NCBI RefSeq assembly: GCF_006345805.1
Contig: NC_042998.1
Coordinates: forward strand, 176,142,001 to 176,206,000
Length of the DNA: 64,000 bases
From: Octopus sinensis
Lineage: Eukaryota
Direction of reading: 5' to 3'
A program made the position numbers and the translations under genes. Below the pieces are notes generated by a model that was given only the letters and a program-made list of their open reading frames with translations, did no database searches and was not told where the DNA came from. The first letter of the stretch is position 1. The number at the start of each line of letters is the position of its first letter. Shown in pieces: positions 13,005 to 27,378 of the stretch.

Positions 13005-14394
13005 TTAATAATGACAAGTAGAACGGAGATTTTTCACATCCATAATTTTATTTACCCGTTATTTACAGCATCTTTACTGGACCTACACGTGCTTCAACTG
13101 CAGTGACTGCACACTCTTCGATATACATCCTAACATCATGGTTGGTGCAGTTTCATCAGTGTATTTACCCTCCGCCGTTTCGAAGTAAAACTGAAGGAAT
13201 CAACAAACTGAATGAATAAAGTGTTTTGTGGGAGGTATAGGTGGTACTATTAATAGTTGTAGGAATCTTGACTTATGGGGCCACCTCTACTAAATGTAGT
13301 GAGTGAAGCGAAACAGTCCTAAAAACAGGTCAAGCTTGGACTGAATATCTATGTAGATTTTTCATAGAAGGAAAGTACCAAATTTTCACTTCTAAATTCA
13401 ATCTAATAAACACAAGGCAGGAACGTGTCCTAAGCTGCCTCATACAAGAAAATATACATTTAAACAATTTAAATAAATACATTACACTTTATACAATAAT
13501 AAAAACTATTATAATAACAATTGAGAATCCAAGAACGAAATAATAAATCAAACGTAAGAGAATACCCCTACAGTAAGAATATACTCTTTGAAATGAGTGG
13601 AATAGTAAACTTTTAATATTACTCTTTTACTCTTTTACTTGTTTCAGTCATTTGACTTCGGCCATGCTGGAGCACCGCCTTTAGTCAAGCAAATCGATCT
13701 CGGGACTTATTCTTTGTAAGCCCAGTACTTATTCTATCGGTCTCTTTTTGCCGAACCGCTAAGTGACGGGGACATAAACACACCAGCATCGGTTGTCAAG
13801 CAATGCTAGGGGGACAAACATAGACACACAACACACACATACATATATATACATATACATATATACGACAGGCTTCTTTCAGTTTCCGTCTACCAAATCC
13901 ACTCACAAGGCATTGGTCGGCCCGGGGCTATAGCAGAAGATACTTGCCCAAGATGCCACGCAGTGGGACTGAACCCGGAACCATGTGGTTGGTTAGCAAG
14001 CTACTTACCACACAGCCACTCCTGCGTCTCTTAGTGATAAATCTACATAAACATTCAATCCAAACTTGACCTATTTTTAGAATATGTTTCACTTCACCTA
14101 CCATATTTAGTAGAGATGGCCCCTAGGTCAAGATTCCTACAACTATTAATAGTAGCACCTATACCTCCCACAAAACACTCTATTCATTCAGTTTGCTGAT
14201 TTCTTCAGTTTTGCTTCGAAATGGCGGAGGGTAAAGACACTGATGAAACTGCACCAACCATGATGCTAGGTCGCATATTGAATAGTGTGCAGTCACTGCA
14301 GTTGAAGCACGTGTAGGTCCAGTGAAGATGCTGTAAATAACTGGTAAATAAAATTATGGATGTGAAAAATCTCCGTTCTCCTTATCATTATTAA
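13005..14394. mobile_element. Foldback element with ~360-bp diverged inverted arms and a nested SINE
   Basis: 13005-13360 is reverse-complementary to 14019-14394 with scattered mismatches. TTAA at both outer ends. A CORE-type SINE sits at 13621-14007 in the spacer. Confidence 0.85.
13621..14007 (-). mobile_element. SINE family B, full length, nested in the foldback
   Basis: Reverse complement of GCAGGAGTGGCTGTGTGGTAAGTAGCTTGCT..CATGGTTCCGGGTTCAGTCCC...GAAACAAGTAAAAGAGTAAAAGAG. Confidence 0.9.
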
Positions 14395-17300
14395 AACTAT
14401 TACTTACAGTACGAAAATATGCAGTCCTGAACAGGATACTCGGATTTACCCAGCGAGAAAAGTTACCAGACCCTAGTTCGGGTACCACATTGTTGTGGTT
14501 AGCTGGCATTTGAAACCGACTTGAGAGGAAACACGGTAACCGCCATGACAGTATATCCCTTTAAACTCATGTTTGATATTTGAACACTATACAAATATTC
14601 TTTTAAAAAAAACTATTCATTTAATTTTTCTAAATTTAATAATTTAATTGTTACAGTTGAAAAGGTCTCAATGACTGAAACCGGTACTGAAATGTTCTTT
14701 ATAAAATTATTTTAGCGTTTTCTATCCTGACTTGTTTTTTCATATATATCAACTCGTGTGTTCCTTTTCATCCTTATACATATATATAATGAAAACAAAA
14801 CGTGATTTACTCTATCGTTACTCAGAAGTTCACAAACGTACACGATGTATAAATTGTGTGACCTGTCAGACAATACTGCAAATAATTGTAAAAATGGCGT
14901 AAGGTGTGAAAGCACTTGAATGATTGGTTCTCATTGGTTATTGGAGATCAGGTGATTGGATTTATTGCTGATTTACGGATACGACTTCTGTTCTTATACT
15001 ACTTTATTGGAGAGGAAAGCAACTCTGTGCAATTCTATCGTCCCAAAGGAGACATGTTCCTGAAAGTTGCTGAAACTATCTAATACTAAAGTTTTTTTTT
15101 ATGGATTGTGACTTGTCGGCGGCTGGAAATTTTCGAAGTGGTTCTCCTACATCTAGAAATTAATTGTGTTTTGAAACGCTTGATAACTATTCTAAATGTA
15201 TGTCCCTTAAGAAGCTCACGCTGTCAATCAACCAGTTAGAAATAAGTTAAATCATATCCAAATTACCGTTCAAAAAACTGAAACGCAATTTGGATAATGA
15301 AATCCAAGATATACTACATCTGAAAAAATGGAAATAGCCATACTGTAACACTTTTTTTTGTATCATGGAACTACTCGGCTATAGCTGATATAAGACTAAA
15401 AGGAAAACAACGAAAAAAATCTCCCAAAAATGACCAATAAAATTACATGCTATGAAGCATCATTAAATTTGGTTACTTGTTCCCACTCTGTAGGCTATTA
15501 AGATTATGCGTTCTCTGTTGTTGTTTGGCGATCCGAATTAAAATGTTTGCGTTGATAGTTACTTGCTACCAGCTAGAGTATTTCATAAGTTAATAACAAT
15601 ATATTTCATTTGTTGTTTGACAGACTGTGTAATTAGTTATTCGCTTGAGAGTTGCTTGCAAAACTGTAATTAATTGTTAGTCTTAGTTGTTAAACAAATT
15701 CATCAGTCACAAAGAAGTTATTTGAGTAGTAGTTCGATTACTAGCATCGTAATTGTTATTAAGTTAGATTGATTGGTTGGGAAGAGCGTCTAGTGAGTGT
15801 ATTTTATTATATGTTCAAGAGTTGCTGGTATTAATGGACAGAGGTATACTTTTATTTATTGACTGAAACTGTGTAGTAAAGAGGTTTCTTCAATCGCCAG
15901 CAAAGTTGGTTAAGTAGCGAAAGTTATTCATTTTGAAATCATTTCTATCCATTACCAACAAAAAAATTGTTAGAGCAAGAAAGCAAAAAGCCCTTGCATA
16001 ATCAATCTATTTTCTAGATGTAGCGACCAAATCCTCTTCAACTCAATAAAAAAAAACAACCGGCTTAAAAATAGGACCGCGCACATTGGATGATAAAGTC
16101 TCATGTAGCCCTGAAAATATGTGAATGTTCATAGCTAGAATGCTTTTGATCATGTTTCCTCGATTAGACTAAACAACAATTGAAGCAAAACGTTAATGCT
16201 TTCAGTATACATTTCTATCTATACTATCGTCACTTATTGGATTCTTGTTCAAAGTACTAATATGGCTCCCATTCTATATTTGAAAAATGCTTCTAAAATA
16301 CAATTGAAGCCAATAATGATTTCTTTTCACTAGACGATACGATGTTAGATAGCATGTTCTGAAAGAAATATTGTGACGTCCTTACCTTTTCAGTTGTGAC
16401 AGGATTACTCAATTGTCTAACATTTAAAACCCAAATATTGACAGAACCACACGCGTTTCTTATGGACAGCGGACATATGAAATTCTTACATTCTTATATT
16501 CTTTATGTATGAAATGCAGAGTTTTCAATATTTTTCCTTGCCAATTCCATATAATACACTTTATAACAGTCATATTACAAAACTTGCATTTTTCGTCGAA
16601 GGATAAAAATCAACATTATCTATACAACTTTTTATAAAAGAAGAAATATCTTATCGCTTATGATTACAAGATTTTTTTTTCTATGTGCATACGCATGTAC
16701 TTGAGCAAGAAAGAAAAACAAAGCTGTTTGCTTGATAGGCACACAACTGATACACTATTAGAACTTATTCATCATCTTTTTTCCTTTTCTTCCGATAAAA
16801 TTAACGCTAACGCAAACGCTGTTACTTCGAATCCCAAAGGGTGCATCGAAGCAATCACAACTAGGAACAGCAGCCAGATTTCTTTCCCATAACAAAATAT
16901 ATCGTATTAATGCATTAAATCTGAAGAAAAAACAGATAGGGATGGTCACAGTAAGAACATATTCGTGCATAGGACTTCTCAGCCAGAGTAAAACTGGGAA
17001 TAAACACCATATTAGTAGCAAAAACGGATTCTGTTACTTCGAAATTGGTAATTCAATTCCGTCTCATCCATGTTGCCTCCTTCTCAACCTAAACTCTATT
17101 TCAAACTGGCTTTATTTCCCGGAATACCAAATGCACAGTATCACATGTTTGTCCACGTTTTCTATCGAAGAGTTCACCAACACCAGTTTAAATTGAATAT
17201 TAACCATAATAACCTTTCCCATCACCTGTCATCGGTCTACCACATTCTAGGAGACCCTGAAAAGTCTATGTACAGTACCTCCTCATCCAAAACTTAATAA

Positions 17301-17449
17301 ATAATATGCAGACATCCAAAACGTTATCGCTAAATTGAGCAGTGTATGTGTGTGTGTATGTCATTATATATATATAGAGATAGATACAAATGCATACGTA
17401 AACACACACACACACACACGTATATACACACATACATACATACATACGT

Positions 17450-18897
<1,448 letters not shown>

Positions 18898-18904
18898 GTG
18901 CATA

Positions 18905-18938
<34 letters not shown>

Positions 18939-18943
18939 TAATA

Positions 18944-18975
<32 letters not shown>

Positions 18976-19684
18976 CTGTATTATATTGGCAAGCGTATTT
19001 ATGTACGTACGGATATACGAAAATCTGTGCGTGTGTTTGTGTATGCGTGTGTGTAGGCGTGTAAATAGGTATGCACACACACACACACACACACACACCA
19101 CACACACACACACATACACACAGACTTATATACACATACATATTCTGCTGCATCTATCTTATATCATCAGCAAGGTTATCAATAACAGAATTCGATGTGT
19201 TTTTTTTCCTCGGCTGCAACAATTTATCTAATACAAAATTTATACAATTTTTCTGGTCAAAAGATTTATAAACAAAAAGAAGAACAACAACAACAAGAGA
19301 GAATATGAATATATAAATAAATAAACACATCAAAAAACGAAGAAACATTTTTTTCTTCTATCGACACAAAACCCGAAAATAAAATAAACGTCCATCTAGG
19401 TATATAATGAAGCAGAAACTGAAAGTGAGGCGAAGACGTATTTCTAAACATTTTATCTAAATAAAGAAATATTGAATTGGAAGAAAAGATTGATAAACGG
19501 TAGGATATTGGCGGGGAAAATCTCTGCAAATGACATCTTTTATTTATATCTCGTTTTGTTGGGTTGATGTCTTTTCTTAGAAACGGTGAATAACAAGAAA
19601 ATATAAACACTAATGACAATATAATGTATGTATAAGAGAACACATTTGCGTGGACTTATATACCTCTATGCCCCTCTCCCTCGT

Positions 19685-19730
<46 letters not shown>

Positions 19731-20113
19731 CACAAACATGAATGCATTCATGCGTACGTATATATGCATATGTGTGTGTGTAATTATATATTATAATTAA
19801 AAGTTGACTATCTTTCCATTACTTCAAGTAGTCATCAGCATATTGTATATCTTCCGGCTGTCTTATATTTGGACTTGTCTTATTGTATACACCCGGTACA
19901 TCAATCGCGCTCCATTTTTTTTGTGATGGAATTTAATACTATTTTCCTTTTATTTGTTTTATTAAAATGTGATATTTCTCGACTGTACATTTCTAGCATT
20001 ACATTGTGCAATTCTTGTATGACATGAACTGTGTGGACTATTTGATATCTCATTTATCAGCACAAAGTTTATGTAAAAGTAGCTTTAAAAACCGTTGTCT
20101 AAATCTCATTTCA

Positions 20114-20413
20114 GATGCCACTTGCTGTGACATCTACAGCGGCAACTTGCTGTGGTCAGCTAGCAGCACAGGTTCCACTGCTCATCAGGCTGAGGAAAGC
20201 AAACTTTCAAGGCATTGGTCGCTCTCTGACAGGTTTATGGTCAACCCTGTGACAGTGGAGGCCTCTGGCATTCTCGGCCCCCGGAGCGCATCTCTCCTCA
20301 CCGTTATCGGGGCTAAGATGGCTATCCGCAAGTGCGAGTCTTGTGAGTCAGAGTGGCTGTTCCAGCGCATCTTCCTCGCCCTCCTCCAGGGCAATGCCTT
20401 TTCCATTTTGTCT
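20114..20413 (+). mobile_element. CRE-clade-like non-LTR retrotransposon fragment: C-terminal restriction-like endonuclease domain
   Basis: Open frame DATCCDIY...AHQAEESKLSRHWSL...VNPVTVEASGILGP...WLFQRIFLALLQGNAFSILS matches the pattern D-x-T-C..AE..K..KY..L..P.AVE..G.WG..QR.S.A.QRGNA.SIL. The segment is GC-rich relative to its flanks. Confidence 0.75.
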
Positions 20414-20725
20414 GATGAGATCATGAGGCGGTCTGAATTTACAGGAAATTGTACGTTCCATTCCTTAAAGTTACTCCTAATAATATTTAATCTAAAGCAA
20501 AAACTAAACTCCTCGCTTACCCTGTCCAATTAAAGAGAAGAAAAAGGTAAAAAACAAACGAAACAAAACATTATGACACTGCTAGACTAAGTAACTGTCA
20601 AAATGTGTCAAAACCAGTTTATCTGATAGAGTTAACGTGTTCCTGAATGTTTTTATTGTGTTCTTCTGTGTAATTTTTTGTTTGTTTTTACTTCTTACAA
20701 CTTAGGGTTATAGTAGAAGGCACTA

Positions 20726-20947
20726 AGGCGGCGAGCTGGCAGAAACGTTAGCACGCCGGGCGAAATGCTTAGCGGTATTTCGTCTGCCGTTACGTTCTGA
20801 GTTCAAATTCAGCCGAGGTCGACTTTGCCTTTCATCCTTTCGGGGTCGATAAATTAAGTACCAGTTACGCACTGGGGTCGATGTAATCGACTTAATACCT
20901 TTGCCTGTCCTTGTTTGTCTCCTCTATGTTTAGCCCCTTGTGGGCAA
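20726..20947 (+). mobile_element. SINE family A, near full length
   Basis: A-box-like TGGCAGAAACGTTAG, B-box-like GAGTTCAAATTC, conserved central GCCTTTCATCCTTTCGGGGTCGATAAATTAAGTACCAG. Confidence 0.9.
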
Positions 20948-21651
20948 ACCACATGGCTATACCTGCACGGAAAACTGCTTATTAAAATGGTTGACAGCTT
21001 GGCACTAATAACTAAACTGCCAATAAAGCGTGTCATCAATAAAAATGTATACAGTGTCATATCAGTATGTTTACTAAACATATATTTAGTCTCACTGTGT
21101 GCGGGCATTGCTTTATCTCCTCTTTTCTGTCAGTTTCAATTTGGCAGGCTGCTGATTGACAGTCTTAATGTCGATAGACTGTTGCATGTACAATAGTTTG
21201 AGAATGTTAAATTTTCTTTCTTTCGTGTTCTTATTGATAGTCTAGAAGTCAGGAAAAGAATTTATTCTGTTTTCGGAAACTGACAAATACTTATTTCCTT
21301 TAATGGTATCTATCAAGCCTAAAATAGATTGAACCTCCGCACTCCGTAATTGCATTTAAAAAAGAAGAAACAGTAAGAAAATATTAATATGCCTTTAAGA
21401 AAAACACATCTCAAGCGCCCTGTGTTTAAAATTGAAGAGAACCAACAAGACGAGGTGAACGGAAGAAAGTAGAAAGAGAACGCTTTCTCAAGTTTAAAAA
21501 AATATATTATATGACAACATAAGCGTTCTTGCGTTTACAAAAATATATATCCAGAATTTCGCAGGTGTTTTATAATATTAATCATGTACATTTACACACA
21601 CTCACACAGACACACAGACTCACACAGATACACACACACACATATACACAT

Positions 21652-21697
<46 letters not shown>

Positions 21698-21714
21698 ATA
21701 TTATATATATATAG

Positions 21715-21750
<36 letters not shown>

Positions 21751-21774
21751 GTATATATTGTATATATATATGTA

Positions 21775-21806
<32 letters not shown>

Positions 21807-21919
21807 GTATATATATATACACACTAACACACACACACACACATATATATGTATTTCGGTAATTCTCTTCTCTTTCTTCCCTCATTTTAGTTTCCTTTCT
21901 GTCTCTCCTTCCCTACCTA

Positions 21920-21967
<48 letters not shown>

Positions 21968-22126
21968 CAATTAAGGACTGAACACGAAAAGGTGGACAGT
22001 CAACATGCTAGATATAGACGTCAAATCGCCATTCTCCACAAAGATTTTGTTCTCAAATAAAAATAAATTCAGCACGACCTAAAGCAATGGATGAGACAAA
22101 AGAAAAATACTAAATGGAATAATTAC

Positions 22127-22186
22127 CTACGTACTGCAGTTTCAGCTATTAATATCACAAGGATATCTGTAACTTCATCAGCGTAG
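22127..22186 (-). ncRNA. Type I minimal hammerhead ribozyme (identical copy, opposite strand)
   Basis: Exact reverse complement of 22712-22771 (CTACGTACTGCAGTTTCAGCT...TCATCAGCGTAG). Confidence 0.85.
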
Positions 22187-22711
22187 TTTGTTATGAGCAT
22201 AATATGCTGTACTAGATGAAAAACGGTACCGGAGTCCCGCATGCAAAAGTACAACCTATTACGTTCGGATGTATCTTTCGAATGCCTCTACTTTTGGCGC
22301 GCTGATAATCGAAAAACTAGCCTGCAGTTAATAATTAGCAGCAGTCAATTTATCGGTTTGAGAACATATATTTCATATTTAAAATTAAGGGTAGAAATTG
22401 ATATTAGTCAATTAAAACCATGGTCTAGCACATAAAAAAGAATCCGAAGATTAAAATATTTATATATACCAATTAAGGACTGAACACGAAAAGGTGGACA
22501 GTCAACATGCTAGATATAGACGTCAAATCGCCATTCTCCACAAAGATTTTGTTCTCAAATAAAAATAAATTCAGCACGACCTAAAGCAATGGATGAGACA
22601 AAAGAAAAATACTAAATGGAATAATTACCTACGTACTTTTTGGTGGTACTTTTGTGCTGCGGGACTCCGGTACCGTTTTTCATCTAGTACAGCATATTAT
22701 GCTCATAACAA

Positions 22712-22771
22712 CTACGCTGATGAAGTTACAGATATCCTTGTGATATTAATAGCTGAAACTGCAGTACGTAG
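22712..22771 (+). ncRNA. Type I minimal hammerhead ribozyme
   Basis: CTACG (stem I) - CTGATGA - stem II AGTTA..GATATC/GATATT..TAGCT - GAAA - C TGCA GT - A (GUA cleavage triplet) - CGTAG (stem I'). All core nucleotides are canonical; ACTGCAGT in stem III is a perfect palindrome. Confidence 0.85.
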
Positions 22772-23016
22772 GTAATTATTCCATTTAGTATTTTTCTTTT
22801 GTCTCATCCATTGCTTTAGGTCGTGCTGAATTTTATTTTTATTTGAGAACAAAATCTTTGTGGAGAATGGCGATTTGACGTCTATATCTAGCATGTTGAC
22901 TGTCCACCTTTTCGTGTTCAGTCCTTAATTGGTATATATAAATATTTTAATCTTCGGATTCTTTTTAATGTGCTAGACCACTGGTTTTAATTGACTAATA
23001 TCAATTTCTACCCTTA

Positions 23017-23048
<32 letters not shown>

Positions 23049-25137
23049 TACATATATATTACACACACACGCGCACACACACAGGCGCACACACACACAT
23101 GCATACATACACACATATTACACATACACACACGTATTTATAATATATATACATATATATGTATATATAACCTATGCAAGTACAACATATTCATATATAT
23201 CATTTATATATATCCAAATGGAATAAATAATTAACGTTTATAGATATGTAGACTCACAAAATTTGCATATTCTCTCAGGCACGCATGCGCATAGACTCGC
23301 ACTCATGCGCACATACATAAGCACGTATCCGTATGGACATACAAAAAAGAAATATTTTTATTCACCTTGTCATCGCCTCTCACATTGCCACCTCTGTGTA
23401 TTCCTACTTTAATTTTCCCTATTCCACCCTATTACCTTTTTGTTACTTCCTTAAAACCACCGACTATGCAGCGCAATTTCAGACATCCATTCGAAAACTA
23501 AGGAAATGTATAATCCTTCCTCGCACTAGTTCCCCCGAAAATTGCTCTCCCTTGGACCAAGTCTATGGAAGGATCCTCATCACACAGAAAAATTTTCAAG
23601 TTAAAGTTTCTTTCTCTATCACCTTTCAGCCGTTAGTTTCGCTGCCTCAACGGGCTATCCTTCACAAATTCCTGAATCTTTCCTCCGAATCACAGAACAC
23701 TTAAAATCCTCCGGTCTCCTTTCAAAATAGAGAAAACTCGCACCATTTTTTGAAAAGTATTTCGCATACCTCTTGCTGACGTTCTCCCCTGTACCTAGCT
23801 CCAGAGCATCTTGTTTCACACACTACCCTCACTCCCTACCAAGTTCTTTTTACTTGGCTTGACCTGGAGGATAGGGACTATGCGGGCCTTTTGAAACCGT
23901 TGAGACCGGCGCTGTTAACGTTTCTATAGAATACTGAAAGCACGATGTTTGCAGATAAAAACATGCAATGAAGAATTTTCAAAAGGACTAATGTTCTGGA
24001 GACAAAGAACTGGGAGGAGGGAAGACAATATGGATGATGTGAAGAAGAAAGATGAGTGATTCAGGCGCTCCTGAGTAAACATGGCTCGAGACCAGCCATT
24101 TCGAAGGACCAGACGCCTATCTAGTTGTAATGGGAAATTCGGAGAGAGAAGACAGCATATTAGTGGACTAAGGGTTAGAGTGTGATGGTGAGTGATTTTA
24201 TGCCAATCAGTCAATTAACCACTCTTTGTCAGTTCCTTCTTCTAGTTGTACTAATAATTACTCCTTTAAAGATAATTCTCTTTTGAAATCTTTAATCTGT
24301 TGGGCTAAATTCCAACCGAGAATTGCTTTGAGAATCATTCTATTAATATATTCACACGTAAAAATTCTGAAAGGAAATTTGACTCCTGCCAAATACAGCT
24401 GTTTTTTTTTGTCTTTTTTTTCTTGAGAGAAACAGAATCTGTAAGCCGCAGGCCCATCCTTACAAACACGTAAAAAAGGAGGAAAGACATTTCGACTGAC
24501 TCTGATCAGCCTACCTTCTTACAGAGTCTCTACTATCGTAACTGTTTGTCCTGAGTCGGACTCATCAGGCATCAGCAAGCATGCAGCAAACGTGGAGACC
24601 TTCCTCTGTAAATCGTTTCACGTTCGCAAAGAGGGGATAGGGCTGAGAGGAAGATCATACTATGGCCAAGAACAATGACAAACGCACAAGCATACACACA
24701 CATACACACACATGCACACACACTCACATACACACACGCGCGCGCACACAAGAATACGGAAGCAAACGCATGCACCCATAAAGATACACACCATAGAAGA
24801 ACAGAATGGAGTAAGTGGAGCAAGAACACATACGGAAACGAAAAGTGTCACTGAAGAGGTCACAGATGTGTAACGAAAGATTTCCGGACAATGAACACGA
24901 GTTAAAATAAGAACAGTAATAAACAAGTGAAGACAAAATATACAGATGGCCGTATAACTGTATACAGATGGCCGGATAATTGAAGAGATGGCGGCGTGGA
25001 TTTCCACCTCGTCATCCGAAACTCGGAGTTTTATCATGGCTACCAAATAATTGTCGCATATTACATTTACAGATAAATTCCTCTGTTTACATAATACCGA
25101 GGTCTCTTTCTTTCTTTTGTTGTCTTACCGTTTTTAT

Positions 25138-25177
<40 letters not shown>

Positions 25178-25227
25178 ATATGAACATATATATATATATT
25201 ATATATATATATGTATATATATATATT

Positions 25228-25265
<38 letters not shown>

Positions 25266-25594
25266 CACGCATACATACATAAATATGTATATGATGGTAG
25301 CTGCATTAATATTTCGGTGAGCATATGCACCATTTCAAATACATATGTACACCCTGAAAAGCTCATGATTCTCTCTGTTGCTATTCAAAGTCTCCTGCAA
25401 CGTTAGTAATTTAAGGGTTCAGAGAATATCTTTTTTGAGTCAAAAGTTCTCACATGACGAGAGAATGCATCTAGTAATTAGTTGATTCATAATTCATAAG
25501 TTTCGAAGGTATAAATAAACTCTGCATCATGTTCTGAGTGCTTTTACTACTAGTTCGTATACCTGAGCACACACACACGGGTGCGTGCGCACGT

Positions 25595-25630
<36 letters not shown>

Positions 25631-26745
25631 TCTCTCTCACACAAAACGCATAGACTTTTGAAAATGGCTTTTGATTTTTACCCCATCAATTTTGTATGTA
25701 AAACGAACTCAATGTTACATTATTCTTTGGTTATAATTCTTCAATTTTTTTTTCTTTGATCATAGACATATATTACTAACTTAATGCGTGTTCGAAATTC
25801 TACGTTGCCTTAGAAACACATTTTATAGCTTGCAATATCTTGGTTTTAATCTGATCTCATATTAATTGAACATATATCAAGGTATTGATTAAACTTATGC
25901 GACTGTTGTGTGTTTTATTATTTAAATTATATTTAAAATCTATATCATTACATTATTTACGGCTATTTATACGTCTGATGTGTATAAATTACACATTATA
26001 TGTGTTTGTATAAGAGCGTATGTATTACTGTATATGTGTTTATGCATGATGTATGAAAGTATGTATGCATGGATGTATGTAGAACATTTGTCAATTTTAT
26101 AGGAAATAGTTGATTGCCAATGCTAATCCGACGCTGAATGTCTAACAATTTCCTGGATGAACGCTCAATTTAATGGTTGTCTCTTCAAAGTAACCGAAAT
26201 CATAAGGTTCATAGTACTATACAACCGTTTGTGTAACCTCTGCTGCTTTTAGTAATGATCACTTTAGATTTTAATCGATTTCTTTTAATGAATCACAAAA
26301 CGGAGTTTTGCTGAGAAGAGTATAGTCGATTGAATGGCCATCATATTACTGCTACTTGTTTTGTTAATCTGCAAGTATTTAAGCGTACAACCTAAAAGAG
26401 ATTTAGTCTGGTGCTCTATGTCAATTATATTACATTAATTGTATGAGAAACAAGAAAACTGTTTCTAAAATAAATTGCAATTCAGTTCGGCACTTAAAAA
26501 GTATGGTTGATTGGTAGTAGAAAAAGCAGAACATCAGAACAATATATTTTGGTGTTTCGATATATCCCCTTCAGTTCTGATTTCAAATCTTGCCCATATT
26601 CACTTTGCCTGACATCTTTTCAGGATTGATAATATAATAGGTGCCAGTCAGCAATATTATCACTGGAACTGTTGCGATTACATCGTATGAATCGGTGATT
26701 CGGGTCAACAAAATAGCCTTACGAGAGAAATTTGGTGTTCCCTGG

Positions 26746-26797
<52 letters not shown>

Positions 26798-27092
26798 ATG
26801 TGTGTGTATACATATACACACGCATGTATATCTCTCTCTCTATATATATATGTACATATACCTATATATATATCCACACACACACATACACACATACATA
26901 TACATAGGTGCCAACACTGCTTATACAGCTCATCATGAGGAATGATTGATGCAAAGTACTTCAGCCATTTAGTGAGATTGGCACTCTCCAGCATTTCAGG
27001 AATTTAGTGAGATTGGCACTCTAAAGAGACGAAGACAATAAGACGGATTTATATGAGATTGACTACTCCACCTAAGATATACCAACACCTAC

Positions 27093-27203
27093 CAATTCGC
27101 TGTCGCTTTGCATCACGTGATCTCGAGTTAACATCATCTTTTGGGTCTGATGAAAGATTAGAACGCTCTTCTTGCACTTCTGTCGTTATGGAAACTTTCA
27201 ACA
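27093..27203 (-). CDS. Possible 111-nt symmetric (phase 1-1) host exon; unidentified
   Basis: TATGTAG|TG...ATTG|GTAGGT, open frame LKVSITTEVQEERSNLSSDPKDDVNSRSRDAKRQRI. Acceptor lacks a polypyrimidine tract. Confidence 0.2.
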
Positions 27204-27347
27204 CTACATATACGTACGTACACAGACAGACACACAAACACACACACACATACATACGTTCCTTCATACATACATACATACATACATACATACATACATA
27301 CATACGTACGTACATACATACATACATACATACATACATACATACAC

Positions 27348-27378
<31 letters not shown>

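Larger units (their letters stand above)
21961..23020. mobile_element. Hammerhead-bearing non-autonomous retroelement (retrozyme / Penelope-like pLTR derivative): 1.35 tandem copies of a 502-nt unit plus an inverted copy
   Basis: TATATACCAATTAAGGACTGAACAC recurs at 21961 and 22463 (period 502). The second copy stops at about 22636. 22642-23020 is the reverse complement of the unit with only a few differences. Both outer ends run into (TA)n. Confidence 0.85.

Noticed and set aside
23390-24200. Possible decayed L1/Tx1 ORF2
   Set aside because: Only isolated few-residue matches (RLKG); too degenerate to call.
24481-24570. Two hammerhead-like motifs on the minus strand (CTGATGA-GTCC..GGAC-AAAC; CTGATCA..GTC-GAAATGTC)
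   Set aside because: The first lacks G12 and has no stem I partner; the second has G8 changed and a poor stem II. Possibly decayed, but not supportable.
26967-27022. 21-bp direct repeat ATTTAGTGAGATTGGCACTCT, CRISPR-like spacing
   Set aside because: Only two copies in eukaryotic DNA with no cas genes; a simple local duplication.
27147-27200. CTGATGA...GAAAC spaced like a hammerhead
   Set aside because: No stem II closing next to GAAA, no stem III UH, no stem I.
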